Source: Nitrospirota bacterium
Lineage (GTDB): Bacteria > Nitrospirota > UBA9217
Reading direction: 5' to 3'
Assembly (NCBI GenBank): GCA_035623825.1
Contig: DASPSR010000066.1
Span: 1 to 44,719, forward strand
Length of the DNA: 44,719 nucleotides
Under the pieces are notes generated by a model, which was not told the DNA's origin, did not search any database, and saw only the letters and a list, made by a program, of their open reading frames with translations. Within the stretch, counting starts at the first letter, position 1; the number at the start of each line of letters is the position of its first letter. Of this stretch, positions 26,614 through 36,228 are shown piece after piece. The translations under genes and the position numbers were made by a program.

Positions 26614-27303
26614 ATGTCAAATGTAACAGCACTCATACCTGCCGCGGGCATGGGCAAGAGGATGGGAAAGTCAGTGGCAAAGCAGTTCCTGCCCCTTGGT
26701 GACATGCCCATGCTGGCGCATACGCTTCTCACATTCCAGCGCGCGTCGGAAATCGACGAGATCATCCCGATACTCTCGAAAGAGGACATGGAGATCTGCC
26801 TCAAGGAGATCATCGAACGGTACCATATCACCAAGGTGAAGACCCTGGTTGTGGGAGGCAAGGAACGGCAGGATTCCGTCCAGAACGGGCTGCAGAAGCT
26901 CGAGAAAGATGCGTCTGTCGTGCTCATTCACGACGGGGTAAGGCCGTTCGTAACACATGACATGATCAAAGAAACCGTCGACCACGCCAAGAAGGGAGAG
27001 TGTGTCACGGTTGGAGTACCGCTCAAGGACACCGTCAAGGAAGTGAACGAGAAGGGCATGGTCGTCCATACGCTGGAACGAAGCCGGCTCTGGGCAATAC
27101 AGACTCCTCAGGCTTTCCCGGTCAAGATCATAAAGCGCGTCTATGACGATTCTTACAAGCAGAACTTCTACGGGACGGATGATGCCACGCTCGTCGAGCG
27201 GTCGGGCGGCAAGGTCCGCGTGATCATGGGGAGCTACGACAATATCAAAATCACCACGCCCGAGGATCTCCTCCTTGCGGAAGAGATCCTCAAGAGAAGG
27301 TAG
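26614..27303 (+). CDS. ispD: 2-C-methyl-D-erythritol 4-phosphate cytidylyltransferase
   Basis: Motifs [28 protein letters not shown] and NIKITTPED. Confidence 0.97.
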   Translation: MSNVTALIPAAGMGKRMGKSVAKQFLPLGDMPMLAHTLLTFQRASEIDEIIPILSKEDMEICLKEIIERYHITKVKTLVVGGKERQDSVQNGLQKLEKDASVVLIHDGVRPFVTHDMIKETVDHAKKGECVTVGVPLKDTVKEVNEKGMVVHTLERSRLWAIQTPQAFPVKIIKRVYDDSYKQNFYGTDDATLVERSGGKVRVIMGSYDNIKITTPEDLLLAEEILKRR

Positions 27304-27304
27304 C

Positions 27305-27781
27305 ATGAGAATCGGTACGGGTTATGACGTCCACCGCCTCGTTGAAGGAAGGAAGCTTATGATGGGCGGCGTGGATATCCCCTCCGCAAGAGGGCTGTTA
27401 GGCCACTCGGACGCAGATGTGCTGCTCCACGCCATCTGTGATGCGCTTCTTGGCGCTGCGGCACTCGGCGACATCGGTCGGCATTTCCCGGACACGGAGC
27501 CCAGGTACAAGGGCATATCGAGTCTTTCCCTGCTTGCCGAGGTGCATCGACTGCTGGCGGAGGGTGGGTTTCGCGTGAACAATATCGATGCGACCATCGT
27601 AGCGGAACGGCCTAAAATGGCGCCGCATATCCCGGCGATGATCGCGAATATTGCGTCGGCGGTCAAGACCGATCTGTCCGCGGTCAATGTCAAGGCCACG
27701 ACGTCCGAGGGGCTCGGGTTCGCGGGCAGGGGCGAGGGAATCGCGGCTTACGCGGTTTGCACGATCCAGACTATGGGGTGA
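27305..27781 (+). CDS. ispF: 2-C-methyl-D-erythritol 2,4-cyclodiphosphate synthase
   Basis: Motifs [21 protein letters not shown] and [13 protein letters not shown] 27305. Confidence 0.97.
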   Translation: MRIGTGYDVHRLVEGRKLMMGGVDIPSARGLLGHSDADVLLHAICDALLGAAALGDIGRHFPDTEPRYKGISSLSLLAEVHRLLAEGGFRVNNIDATIVAERPKMAPHIPAMIANIASAVKTDLSAVNVKATTSEGLGFAGRGEGIAAYAVCTIQTMG

Positions 27782-27817
27782 TCGTTCCTGCACCGGGGGT
27801 TCCAGAGGAGGGAAAAC

Positions 27818-28387
27818 ATGCGGCGCGCCTTCATCGGTGCCTTTATTCTGGTCGCGGTCCTCTCTGCCAGTGCGCAGGCAGGTGCTCAGGAGGGAAGCGA
27901 CGAGAGGAAAAGCCCCCTCTATCAGTGGACGGACGATCAGGGCGTTGTCCATATCACGGACCGGCTCGGTGAAGTGCCCGATCAATTTCGCGCGAAGGCA
28001 CGTGTGGTAGAAGGGTCACATAAGAGCGAGGCGGCTCAGGAACCGGCAATTCAGAAGAATGCAGAGCCGCTCATCACGCCGCAGAATGAAGAAGATGCCG
28101 ATGAGGCCCGGAAAGCCTTATGGCAGAACCGCATCCGTGAATGGAAGGCACGCCTGGCGGATGCGGAGAGAAGCTATCGGGAGCTTGATCAGCAACGGAC
28201 GGAGTTGCTTATGAGCTGGGGCGGGCCGGCATACGGGCCAATCGAAAATAAAGTTAAGGCAGATCAGATCGAGCAGCAGATGAAAGAAGTGCAGAAGCAG
28301 ATCGACGAGGCCCGGAACATGCTCGATGTCGTTATCCCTGAGGAGGCGCGCAAGGAGGGAATACCTCCCGGATGGCTCCGGGAATAG
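27818..28387 (+). CDS. Exported DUF4124-like protein with a coiled coil
   Basis: Signal peptide, LYQWTDDQGVVHITD motif, C-terminal GIPPGWLR. Confidence 0.8.
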   Translation: MRRAFIGAFILVAVLSASAQAGAQEGSDERKSPLYQWTDDQGVVHITDRLGEVPDQFRAKARVVEGSHKSEAAQEPAIQKNAEPLITPQNEEDADEARKALWQNRIREWKARLADAERSYRELDQQRTELLMSWGGPAYGPIENKVKADQIEQQMKEVQKQIDEARNMLDVVIPEEARKEGIPPGWLRE

Positions 28388-28615
28388 TTCGGAGTGTAAA
28401 GTGAGAAGCGCTGTCCACAGGCCGGCGGGAATGCAGAGGGGAACGCTGTCCGACGACCATTGGCAACAGTGACCATCTTGAGACGGTCGTTTAGTAACGT
28501 CGTACGGCGACGACTGTCTCGTCGATAGCGGTAACGTGCTGTCTGCGCGAGCGACGAAAATCACTGCCGGCGGTCGTCTGGACCCAGACCGTTCGATGAG
28601 CATTTCAGGTGATAT

Positions 28616-29269
28616 ATGCGTGAGACATTTCGAAAACTACAAAAAGATTTTAACGCGGCGCTTTCCATGGACCCGGCGGCGACGAGCAAGATCGAGGTCA
28701 TCCTCACCTATGCGGGATTTCACGCGCTCTTGTTTTACCGTGTCGCGCACTGGCTCTTAAAAAAACGCATCCCGTTCATCCCGCGTGCCCTGTCACAGCT
28801 TGCGCGGTTCATAACGGGCATCGAGATACACCCGGGAGCGACCATTGGGTCGGGCATGTTCATCGACCACGGGATGGGCGTGGTGATCGGCGAAACCAGC
28901 GAGATCGGCGACAACGTCACCCTTTTCCAGGGAGTGACGCTGGGGGGGACAGGCAAACAGCGAGGCAAGCGGCATCCGACACTGGGGAACCATGTCGTCG
29001 TGGGTGCAGGCGCCAAGGTGCTCGGGCCCATAAAGATCGGCGATTATGTGAAGATCGGGGCGAACTCAGTGGTGCTTCAGGACGTTCCCGACCATTCCAC
29101 GGTCGTGGGCATTCCCGGAAAGATCGTGAGGATCAAGGACGAGCGCGTGCCGGACGAGGCGCTCCTCGATCACATTCATATACCCGACCCCATTGCGGAC
29201 CGTTTCATAGATCTTCAGGTGCAGATCGATGCGCTGAAGAGAGACATAGAGGAAATGAGGAAACGGTGA
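28616..29269 (+). CDS. cysE: Serine O-acetyltransferase
   Basis: Motifs [32 protein letters not shown] and hexapeptide repeats. Confidence 0.97.
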   Translation: MRETFRKLQKDFNAALSMDPAATSKIEVILTYAGFHALLFYRVAHWLLKKRIPFIPRALSQLARFITGIEIHPGATIGSGMFIDHGMGVVIGETSEIGDNVTLFQGVTLGGTGKQRGKRHPTLGNHVVVGAGAKVLGPIKIGDYVKIGANSVVLQDVPDHSTVVGIPGKIVRIKDERVPDEALLDHIHIPDPIADRFIDLQVQIDALKRDIEEMRKR

Positions 29270-29339
29270 TCCATAGATTCACGATGGACGGTTTAAGAGA
29301 CGTTTCCGTTAATGAAAACCCTGAATCCCGAATAATGCA

Positions 29340-29759
29340 TCACTCATCGACGATCCTGTAGCTGTGTGTGATGGTTCCAGTCTTCGCAAGCGTCGCGCCT
29401 ACCGAGCAATATTTTTCGAGCGAAAGGGCCATCGCACGCTCGACGGCCTCCTTAGTTATGCCTTTGCCTTTCACGACATATTCGATGTGGATCTCCCTGT
29501 ATACCTTCGGGTGGGAATCTACCCTTTCGCCTTTGATGTTTATCTCGAGGCCCGTCACTTCTTGGCGCTTTTTCCTGAGGATGGATATTGTATCCATGCC
29601 GGTGCAGCCGCCGAAGCCGACGAGCAAGAGCTCCATAGGACGAAATCCAGTGTTTTTCCCGCCCGCATCGTCATCGGCGTCCATACTCAGGGTGTGCCCC
29701 GATGTGGCCGTACCCGTGAACTGCATTCCTTGAACAAGCTTTACTTTGGCTTCTACCAT
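29340..29759 (-). CDS. OsmC/YhfA-family protein
   Basis: Two conserved Cys motifs, PMELLLVGFGGCTG and KYCSV. Confidence 0.9.
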   Translation of the reverse strand: MVEAKVKLVQGMQFTGTATSGHTLSMDADDDAGGKNTGFRPMELLLVGFGGCTGMDTISILRKKRQEVTGLEINIKGERVDSHPKVYREIHIEYVVKGKGITKEAVERAMALSLEKYCSVGATLAKTGTITHSYRIVDE

Positions 29760-29790
29760 GTTTTCTCCTCGTCAGACAGGGATTTTCATG

Positions 29791-29819
29791 ATGCTAACAG
29801 ATGTGGGGGATGGTGTCAA
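29791..29819 (-). promoter_or_regulatory. Sigma-70 promoter of the OsmC-family gene
   Basis: Minus strand reads TTGACA-N17-TAGCAT with an extended TG. Confidence 0.65.
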
Positions 29820-29991
29820 TACGCATGGACGGCATGGGGGATGGTGAAGTCGCCAAAATACATTTTCGTTGTTTGGAAAAAGATCGCGGCATTGCTGATA
29901 TCTTGTCCTCTGTTTTGACGAATGTAGATTACCTTAAAATACAATATCTTGAATAATATATGGATTATTCCTATTTGTCTAAAATTCATGC

Positions 29992-30007
29992 TGGCATTAA
30001 TCTTGCT
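29992..30007 (+). promoter_or_regulatory. Sigma-54 (-24/-12) promoter candidate facing dsrA
   Basis: TGGCAT-TAATC-TTGCT, with exact GG-N10-GC spacing. Confidence 0.6.
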
Positions 30008-30422
30008 TTCTGCTCCTCTTCCTACATGTGTTGTAATGCCGCATAACTTACTGTATTCATAGCTCTTGCTGAATTTATATTCTAAACCTTGCAAATTATC
30101 GCGAGTTATGATTCAATTAATTTTTTTTATTTGACTAAAAGGCGCCATGAACATAAAATTGACTGTCTTAATAGGTTCATATGCACAGCAGCCAATGGCT
30201 TACAGTACCAGTTTGCCATATTTCCCTTCCTGCATTTAAAAATTTATCGACATAGAGAAAGGGGGACCACATACCTTAAATATTTTTGTACGCTGCTGTC
30301 ATAGCGCGTTGAGGATTAAGGTCAATCCTGTTTTGTGCCGGAATTGCTATTGGATCTGCTTGAGGATAGCTTAACAGTAAAAGCTTGCATAAGTGTATTA
30401 ATTCTATAAGGAGGGTTTTCTA

Positions 30423-31601
30423 ATGAGCACAGATGGTAAGACACCGATGCTTGACGATCTTGAAAAAGGCGCATGGCCGAGCTTCGTAAAGGAGATTAAG
30501 AAGGCCGCAAAGAGGAGTAACACGGCGAAGGATCTTCTCGGCATCCTTGAGAGATCATATAAAGACAAAGTAACTCACTGGAAGCACGGCGGTATCGTGG
30601 GCGTCCTCGGGTACGGCGGCGGCGTTATAGGTCGTTACTGCGATCTGCCCCAGGAGTTCCCCGGCGTGGCCCACTTCCACACCGTCCGCGTCAACCCGCC
30701 GTCAGGATTTTTCTATACGTCCAAGGCCCTGAAGGAGCTCTGTGATATATGGGATAAGTACGGAAGCGGCATGACAAACATGCACGGCTCCACGGGAGAC
30801 CTGATCTTCCTCGGGACCCAGACCGACAAGCTTGAACCCATCTTCGCCGAGTTGACGGCAAAGGGCTGGGACCTGGGCGGTTCCGGCTCCTGTCTCCGTA
30901 CCCCGAGCTCCTGCGTCGGCATGGCCCGCTGCGAGTTCTCGAGCATCGACACCATGTCAATTTGCCACACTCTTACCCAAAAGTTCCAGGATGAGCTGCA
31001 TCGTCCCGCTTTCCCGTACAAGTTCAAGATCAAGGTTTCCGGATGCGCCAACGATTGCACCGCCTCCGTTGCCCGCGCCGATATGTCCATCATCGGCACA
31101 TGGCGCGATACCATCCGTATCGACCAGGCAGAGGTCAAGAATGCCTCCAAAGAGATGGACATCAAGACCGAAGTTACCGATATGTGCCCCACGAAGTGCA
31201 TGAACTGGGACGGCAGCGCCCTCAAGATCAATGACAAGGATTGCAACCGCTGCATGCACTGCATCAACCGCATGCCGAAGGCATTGCGCCCCGGCAAGGA
31301 GAAAGGCGCCACCATCATGCTCGGCGGCAAGGCACCGATCGTTACCGGCGCACTCATGAGCTGGGTCATCGTTCCCTTCATGAAGCTCGAGGCCCCGTAT
31401 GCTAACCTGGAAGAACTCATCCGCAAGATGTGGGAATGGTGGGATGAGAACGGCAAGAACCGCGAGCGCATCGGTGAACTCGTGGATCGACTCGGTATGC
31501 GCTCCTTCCTGGAGGCCGTTGGTCTACCTCCCGTGCCGCAGATGGTGAAATCACCGAGGACCAACCCCTATGTGTTCTGGGCCCCGGGTGAAGTGGAGTA
31601 A
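30423..31601 (+). CDS. dsrA: Dissimilatory sulfite reductase subunit alpha
   Basis: Motifs WPSFVKEIK, THWKHGGIVGVLGYGGGVIGRY and HGSTGD. Siroheme-[4Fe-4S] motif CVGMARC...CANDC. Ferredoxin motif CNRCMHC. Confidence 0.99.
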   Translation: MSTDGKTPMLDDLEKGAWPSFVKEIKKAAKRSNTAKDLLGILERSYKDKVTHWKHGGIVGVLGYGGGVIGRYCDLPQEFPGVAHFHTVRVNPPSGFFYTSKALKELCDIWDKYGSGMTNMHGSTGDLIFLGTQTDKLEPIFAELTAKGWDLGGSGSCLRTPSSCVGMARCEFSSIDTMSICHTLTQKFQDELHRPAFPYKFKIKVSGCANDCTASVARADMSIIGTWRDTIRIDQAEVKNASKEMDIKTEVTDMCPTKCMNWDGSALKINDKDCNRCMHCINRMPKALRPGKEKGATIMLGGKAPIVTGALMSWVIVPFMKLEAPYANLEELIRKMWEWWDENGKNRERIGELVDRLGMRSFLEAVGLPPVPQMVKSPRTNPYVFWAPGEVE

Positions 31602-31642
31602 CATCACGCTAACGCGAATAATTCCAAGGAGGAAAACCTATA

Positions 31643-32716
31643 ATGGCTGACAAACCGAAGAGAATAACTGATCTTGGTTCACCTGATTATCATAAATTCC
31701 TGCCTCCCGTTGTCTCGAAGAACTACGGGAAATGGAAATACCACGAATATATCAACAAGGGGACAATGAAGCATGTGTCAGAGACGGGCGATGAGCTGTA
31801 TACCGTGCGTATTGCCACGCCCCGTCTTGTGAGCACTGACTATATCCGAGAGATGTGCGACATTGCTGAAAAGTTCAGCGGCGGCTATCTCCGCTACACG
31901 ACCCGCCACAATGTCGAGTTTTTCCCTGAGAAAGGCCAGGTCGACGCACTTCAGGCTGAGCTCAAGAAGCGCGGCCACCTGGTAGGCGGCATCGGCTACG
32001 GCATCAGTAACGTGGTGCATACCCAGGGCTGGATCCATTGCCACACACCGGCGACGGACGCCTCGGGTGTTGTGAAGGCGGTCATGGACGAACTGCATGA
32101 GTACTTTACGACCAAGAGCCTTCCGGCTCGCGTGCGCATCGCCCTTGCCTGCTGCTTGAACATGTGCGGAGCGGTACACTGCTCCGATATCGCCATCCTC
32201 GGCGTTCACCGCAAACCGCCGAAGGTAAACGATGCCACGCTCGGGAACCAGTGCGAGATCCCCACGACCATCGCATCCTGCCCCACGGGCGCAATCAGCC
32301 CGAACCCCGCGGCGAAGTCCGTAAAGATAAAGGAAGAGCGCTGCATGTACTGCGGCAACTGCTACACCATGTGCCCCTCGCTGCCGCTGGCCGACGCGAC
32401 GGGAGACGGCATCTCCATTTACGTCGGCGGCAAGGTCTCGAACGCGCGTGGTCCGGCCCGTATGTCCAAGCTGGCGATCCCGTTCCTGCCCAACAACCCG
32501 CCGCGGTGGCCAGAAACCGTTAAGGCCGTGAAACACCTGGTTGATGTCTATGCCAAGGATGCGCACAAGCACGAGCGCTATGGAGAATGGATCGAGCGCA
32601 TTGGCTGGGAGCGGTTCTTCAAGCTGACCGGTCTGCCATTTACGTACCAGCACATCGACGACTTTACGTTCGCCCGTGAATCATTCAGAATGACGCCTAC
32701 TTTCAAGTGGGAATAG
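31643..32716 (+). CDS. dsrB: Dissimilatory sulfite reductase subunit beta
   Basis: Motifs [34 protein letters not shown] and PNNPPRWP. Confidence 0.99.
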   Translation: MADKPKRITDLGSPDYHKFLPPVVSKNYGKWKYHEYINKGTMKHVSETGDELYTVRIATPRLVSTDYIREMCDIAEKFSGGYLRYTTRHNVEFFPEKGQVDALQAELKKRGHLVGGIGYGISNVVHTQGWIHCHTPATDASGVVKAVMDELHEYFTTKSLPARVRIALACCLNMCGAVHCSDIAILGVHRKPPKVNDATLGNQCEIPTTIASCPTGAISPNPAAKSVKIKEERCMYCGNCYTMCPSLPLADATGDGISIYVGGKVSNARGPARMSKLAIPFLPNNPPRWPETVKAVKHLVDVYAKDAHKHERYGEWIERIGWERFFKLTGLPFTYQHIDDFTFARESFRMTPTFKWE

Positions 32717-32737
32717 GCGCCTTGCAGTGATTCGGCC

Positions 32738-32773
32738 CCGGCCCCCCGGATGTTTTGCCGGGGGGCCGGTTTT
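32738..32773 (+). terminator. 12-bp GC hairpin with a T-run between dsrB and dsrD
   Basis: CCGGCCCCCCGG-N8-CCGGGGGGCCGG-TTTT. Confidence 0.7.
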
Positions 32774-32810
32774 CTGATACTGTGAAGATTCTTACCGGAG
32801 AGGAGCAACT

Positions 32811-33041
32811 ATGGACGCTACTGAGCTGCAGAAAAAAGTATATGAGCTAGTAGAGAAGAACATGGGAAAGAAGAAGCTTAAGGCGGGCGACATCAAGAAG
32901 GCCATGGTAGCTGAAGGGGCAACAGATGATGAGGTGAAGGCCGCGATACGCGAGCTCGTGGACGGTGGCAAACTGGTATATTCTTATTTCGGCGGCAGTT
33001 TTATCGAGATCCCCCATAAAGAAGGCTCGGCTAATCCGTAA
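32811..33041 (+). CDS. dsrD: DsrD (winged-helix allosteric activator of DsrAB)
   Basis: 76 aa directly after dsrB. VKAAIRELVDGGKLVYSYFGGS resembles the DsrD C-terminal motif. Confidence 0.85.
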   Translation: MDATELQKKVYELVEKNMGKKKLKAGDIKKAMVAEGATDDEVKAAIRELVDGGKLVYSYFGGSFIEIPHKEGSANP

Positions 33042-34435
33042 TGCCTGCAGTACCGAGGCTGGCTGTTTCTGCGACGCGCGGGGGGTTGGGCAAGACCACT
33101 CTTTCGCTCGGCATAATCGCGGCCTGGCGCAAGCGAGGCAGACGAGTCGCGGTTTTTAAGAAAGGCCCTGATTTTATTGACGCCGGCTGGCTGGGCGTGG
33201 CCGCGGGCAGGCCGTGCTATAACCTCGATCTCTTCATCATGGAGAAGGGAAGCATCTTAAAGTCCTTCAACGACCACACGATGGGCGCTGATGCGGCAGT
33301 GATCGAAGGAAACCGGGGGCTCTATGACGGCGTTGACGAGTCCGGCACCTATAGCACGGCGCGTTTGACAAAACTGCTCAAAACACCTGTTGTACTGATC
33401 GTCGATTGCACCAAGGCTTCAAGCACGGTCGGAGCGGTTGTTCTCGGATGTCGGAACTATGATCCTGAAGTCGATATCAAGGGGATCATTTTAAATAACG
33501 TTTTACCGGGCCGGCATGAATCGGTCGTCAGAAGCGCGATTGAGAAGTCCAGCGGCCTGCCGGTCGTCGGGGCTGTTCCGAGGCAGAGGAAGGGAGAGTT
33601 CCCTGAACGCCACATGGGGCTCACCCCGTTCCACGAACATCCTGAAGTGGACCAGGCAATTGGCGCTTCGGCCGCTGTGGCGGAAAAATATCTTGACCTG
33701 GACCGGGTTTGGAACATAGCATGCAGCGCTTCCGAGTTGGAGACGCCTGAAGAGCCGACGGAGACGCTCATCAGCCGCGGGAAGGACCGGGTAAACATAG
33801 GAGTTATCAGGGATCGTGCTTTCCAGTTCTATTATCCGGACAATCTCGAGGCACTTGAGCATGAGGGAGCCTTCATACGTGAAATAAATGCCCTCAGGGA
33901 CAGGACGCTGCCGGAGATTGACGCCCTGTATATCGGCGGAGGCTTCCCCGAGACGCAGGCGGCAGAGCTTGCCGCGAATGAGGGCTTCTGCCGGTCCTTG
34001 AGGGCCGCAGCGGAGAACGGGCTGCCGATCTATGCAGAGTGCGGCGGCCTGATCTATCTCGGGAGGAGTCTTAAAGTCGATGACAGCGTATATCCCATGA
34101 CGTCTGTACTGCCGGTCGATTTCATCCTTGAAAAGCGGCCGCAGGCGCATGGATACACAATAGTGGAAGTCCGGGGTTTAAGTCCGTTCCTTGAAAAGGG
34201 CGTCATCATCAGAGGACACGAATTTCATTACTCACGGATCGTGAATCTTGACGATTTGCCCCCGATGGCGTATGATATGAGTCGAGGCGGCGGGATAAAC
34301 GGTACGGGAGACGGCCTCACGTATAAAAATGTGCTGGCGTGCTACACGCACCTCCATGCAGTGGGGACACCGCAGTGGGCCGGGGCCATGATTCGAAAGG
34401 CACGCGAGTACAGGAAGCGGAAGCAGGAAGAATAG
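33041..34435 (+). CDS. dsrN: Siroheme amidase DsrN (CbiA/CobB family)
   Basis: Motifs GKTT, FKKGPDFID, IEGNRGLYDG, ERHMGL, YAECGG and GHEFHYS. TAATG overlap with the dsrD stop. Confidence 0.92.
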   Translation: MPAVPRLAVSATRGGLGKTTLSLGIIAAWRKRGRRVAVFKKGPDFIDAGWLGVAAGRPCYNLDLFIMEKGSILKSFNDHTMGADAAVIEGNRGLYDGVDESGTYSTARLTKLLKTPVVLIVDCTKASSTVGAVVLGCRNYDPEVDIKGIILNNVLPGRHESVVRSAIEKSSGLPVVGAVPRQRKGEFPERHMGLTPFHEHPEVDQAIGASAAVAEKYLDLDRVWNIACSASELETPEEPTETLISRGKDRVNIGVIRDRAFQFYYPDNLEALEHEGAFIREINALRDRTLPEIDALYIGGGFPETQAAELAANEGFCRSLRAAAENGLPIYAECGGLIYLGRSLKVDDSVYPMTSVLPVDFILEKRPQAHGYTIVEVRGLSPFLEKGVIIRGHEFHYSRIVNLDDLPPMAYDMSRGGGINGTGDGLTYKNVLACYTHLHAVGTPQWAGAMIRKAREYRKRKQEE

Positions 34436-34450
34436 AAAGCGGGCGTTATC

Positions 34451-34807
34451 TTGAGGGCAGGGACAAGGGAAGGCGTTGAGCCGGTCTGTCCGTTTTGCAG
34501 AAGCAGGCTTGACCGGCCGACCATGATGCGCATCAGTTCCGTGGAAGAAGTGCTCGGCGGGACGTGCGCTCAGTGCGGCGCCCTGTACGTCGTTGACCCA
34601 ACAAGTAAAAACGTAGGGGAAGCGATGATGCAGGCCCTCGGCATGGCGGCGGTCAAACTCTCGAAAGAGACCTCCGAGATGGTTGCCGGGCAGGACTACG
34701 ATGACGCGATATTGAGCTACGATTGGCGGACGCACCGGTCTCCGGGCCCTCCCAGAGGTTTTATGGACGGCCATGGTCGGCTTTACATCATCAAAATAAA
34801 AAGATAG
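34451..34807 (+). CDS. Small Zn-ribbon-like hypothetical protein in the dsr cluster
   Basis: CPFC...CAQCG, located between dsrN and dsrC. The TTG start is uncertain. Confidence 0.75.
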   Translation: MRAGTREGVEPVCPFCRSRLDRPTMMRISSVEEVLGGTCAQCGALYVVDPTSKNVGEAMMQALGMAAVKLSKETSEMVAGQDYDDAILSYDWRTHRSPGPPRGFMDGHGRLYIIKIKR

Positions 34808-34919
34808 GCCGGCCCACACAGTTACTCGAAAAAGGGTTGATCGTACACGGAACAAAGCAACCATAGAGAGGGACGCTCCGACAGCTCCCGAAAATTATTC
34901 ATGAAAGGGGAATGAACAA

Positions 34920-35255
34920 ATGGCAACGATTGACGTAAAAGGCAAGACTCTTGAAGTAGACGAGGACGGATTTTTGGCGAACCTGGATGATTGGAATCTG
35001 GATGTCGCGAATTATTTCGCGCAGGTCGAAGGGATCGATATGACCGATCAGCACTGGGAGGTTGTCAATTTCCTTCGTGACTACTACAAGCAGTACCAGA
35101 TCGCGCCGATGATCAAGATCCTCGTGAAGGAAATCGGCAAGAAGCTCGGCCCCGATAAGGGCAACACCAAGTACCTCTACGAGCTCTATCCGGGCGGCCC
35201 GGCAAAGCAGGCCTGCAAAATCGCGGGTCTCCCGAAACCGACCGGCTGCGTATAG
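34920..35255 (+). CDS. dsrC: DsrC sulfur-carrier / co-substrate protein
   Basis: VDEDGFL and C-terminal ACKIAGLPKPTGCV with both Cys (CX10C). Confidence 0.98.
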   Translation: MATIDVKGKTLEVDEDGFLANLDDWNLDVANYFAQVEGIDMTDQHWEVVNFLRDYYKQYQIAPMIKILVKEIGKKLGPDKGNTKYLYELYPGGPAKQACKIAGLPKPTGCV

Positions 35256-35540
35256 AACGCATCCGAACATGGGCGTTGAAATCCGATCTTGGTCGGTGAT
35301 CTGAAGGCGCACTCCGCAGAACGACAGCTGTCAGAGAACGATACAATCCTGCGCACGCGTCATCCACATTCCCGTAAGTCATAGTCAGACAATCCGTCGG
35401 GGCCCGGGTCCCGCGGGAAGGCGCATTCCGTGTCATGGACACGGCCCCCTTTCCTGCTGAGTCGGGGGAAAAGCGATCAACGCGGAGCGTGTTAACGAGC
35501 GAGAGACCATTTATTTTTGCCGAAGGAGGAACGTAGTACC

Positions 35541-35726
35541 ATGTACATGGTCACAGTTGACAAGAACAAATGTGACGGCGACGGCAACTGCGTGAATGTC
35601 TGCCCCCAGTCAGTGTTGAAGCTGGAAGGCGGCAAGGCCGAGCCAGTGAATATGTCCGAGTGCATCAATTGCCTAACCTGCGTGGAAAACTGCCCGCAGC
35701 AGGCAATTACGGTTACCGAGATTTAA
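35541..35726 (+). CDS. Dicluster ferredoxin with CxxDxxC first site (copy 1)
   Basis: CDGDGNCVNVCP and CINCLTCVENCP. ATG 35541 behind AAGGAGG. Confidence 0.95.
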   Translation: MYMVTVDKNKCDGDGNCVNVCPQSVLKLEGGKAEPVNMSECINCLTCVENCPQQAITVTEI

Positions 35727-35750
35727 TGAGATGAATGGAAACCATACCAA

Positions 35751-35784
35751 AGGGGATAGTTGAAAAATTATCCCCTGTTTTTTT
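35751..35784 (+). terminator. Intrinsic terminator between ferredoxin 1 and dsrH
   Basis: AGGGGATAGTT-GAAA-AATTATCCCCT, then GTTTTTTT. Confidence 0.75.
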
Positions 35785-35814
35785 ATTACAGCACTGTGCT
35801 GGGGAGGTGAAGCG

Positions 35815-36114
35815 ATGAAACTAGCGGTTTTTTTGAGCGACTGGAGAAGGACCGAAGACACCCTCGAGAGGATGAAGGCAGACAAGATGGGGGTAATCCT
35901 CGTGGGCAACGGGGTCTACCACGCAGTACTGAAGGAAGGCGGCAAGGATTCACCCGTGCTGTCGAAGGCGGGGACAACCTTTTATGCCCTGTCGGACGAT
36001 CTCGAGACCAGGGGGATTACCACGGCCAATATCAACCCCAAGGTGAAGGCCGTCAGCTACGGAGATATTGTCGATCTCATCATGAACGATTATGAGAAGA
36101 CTGCCTGGCTGTAA
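35815..36114 (+). CDS. dsrH: DsrH/TusB-like sulfur relay subunit
   Basis: ILVGNGVY...YALSDDLETRG...VSYGDIVDL...W follows the DsrH/TusB pattern. SD GGAGGTGA. Confidence 0.85.
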   Translation: MKLAVFLSDWRRTEDTLERMKADKMGVILVGNGVYHAVLKEGGKDSPVLSKAGTTFYALSDDLETRGITTANINPKVKAVSYGDIVDLIMNDYEKTAWL

Positions 36115-36228
36115 TGGTTACACACGGTGGAGAATGAAGGGGCGGGTGACAAGAGGAAGACAAGCTAGACAGACCTGTCGAGAGCAGTCATCCATCATTT
36201 CATCATACATAAGTTCAAGGAGGATAGC

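Noticed and set aside
28388-28615. Possible T-box leader before cysE
   Set aside because: There is no GGTGGnACCGCG T-box sequence and no terminator/antiterminator.
29870-30400. AT-rich segments as foreign DNA, and their small ORFs (29816-30094, 30089-30304)
   Set aside because: They are confined to intergenic control regions, have no mobility genes, and the ORFs lack SDs and typical codon usage.
33041-34435. Calling this gene cobalamin-pathway cbiA/cobB
   Set aside because: Its coupling to dsrD inside the dsr operon and the absence of other cob/cbi genes favour dsrN.
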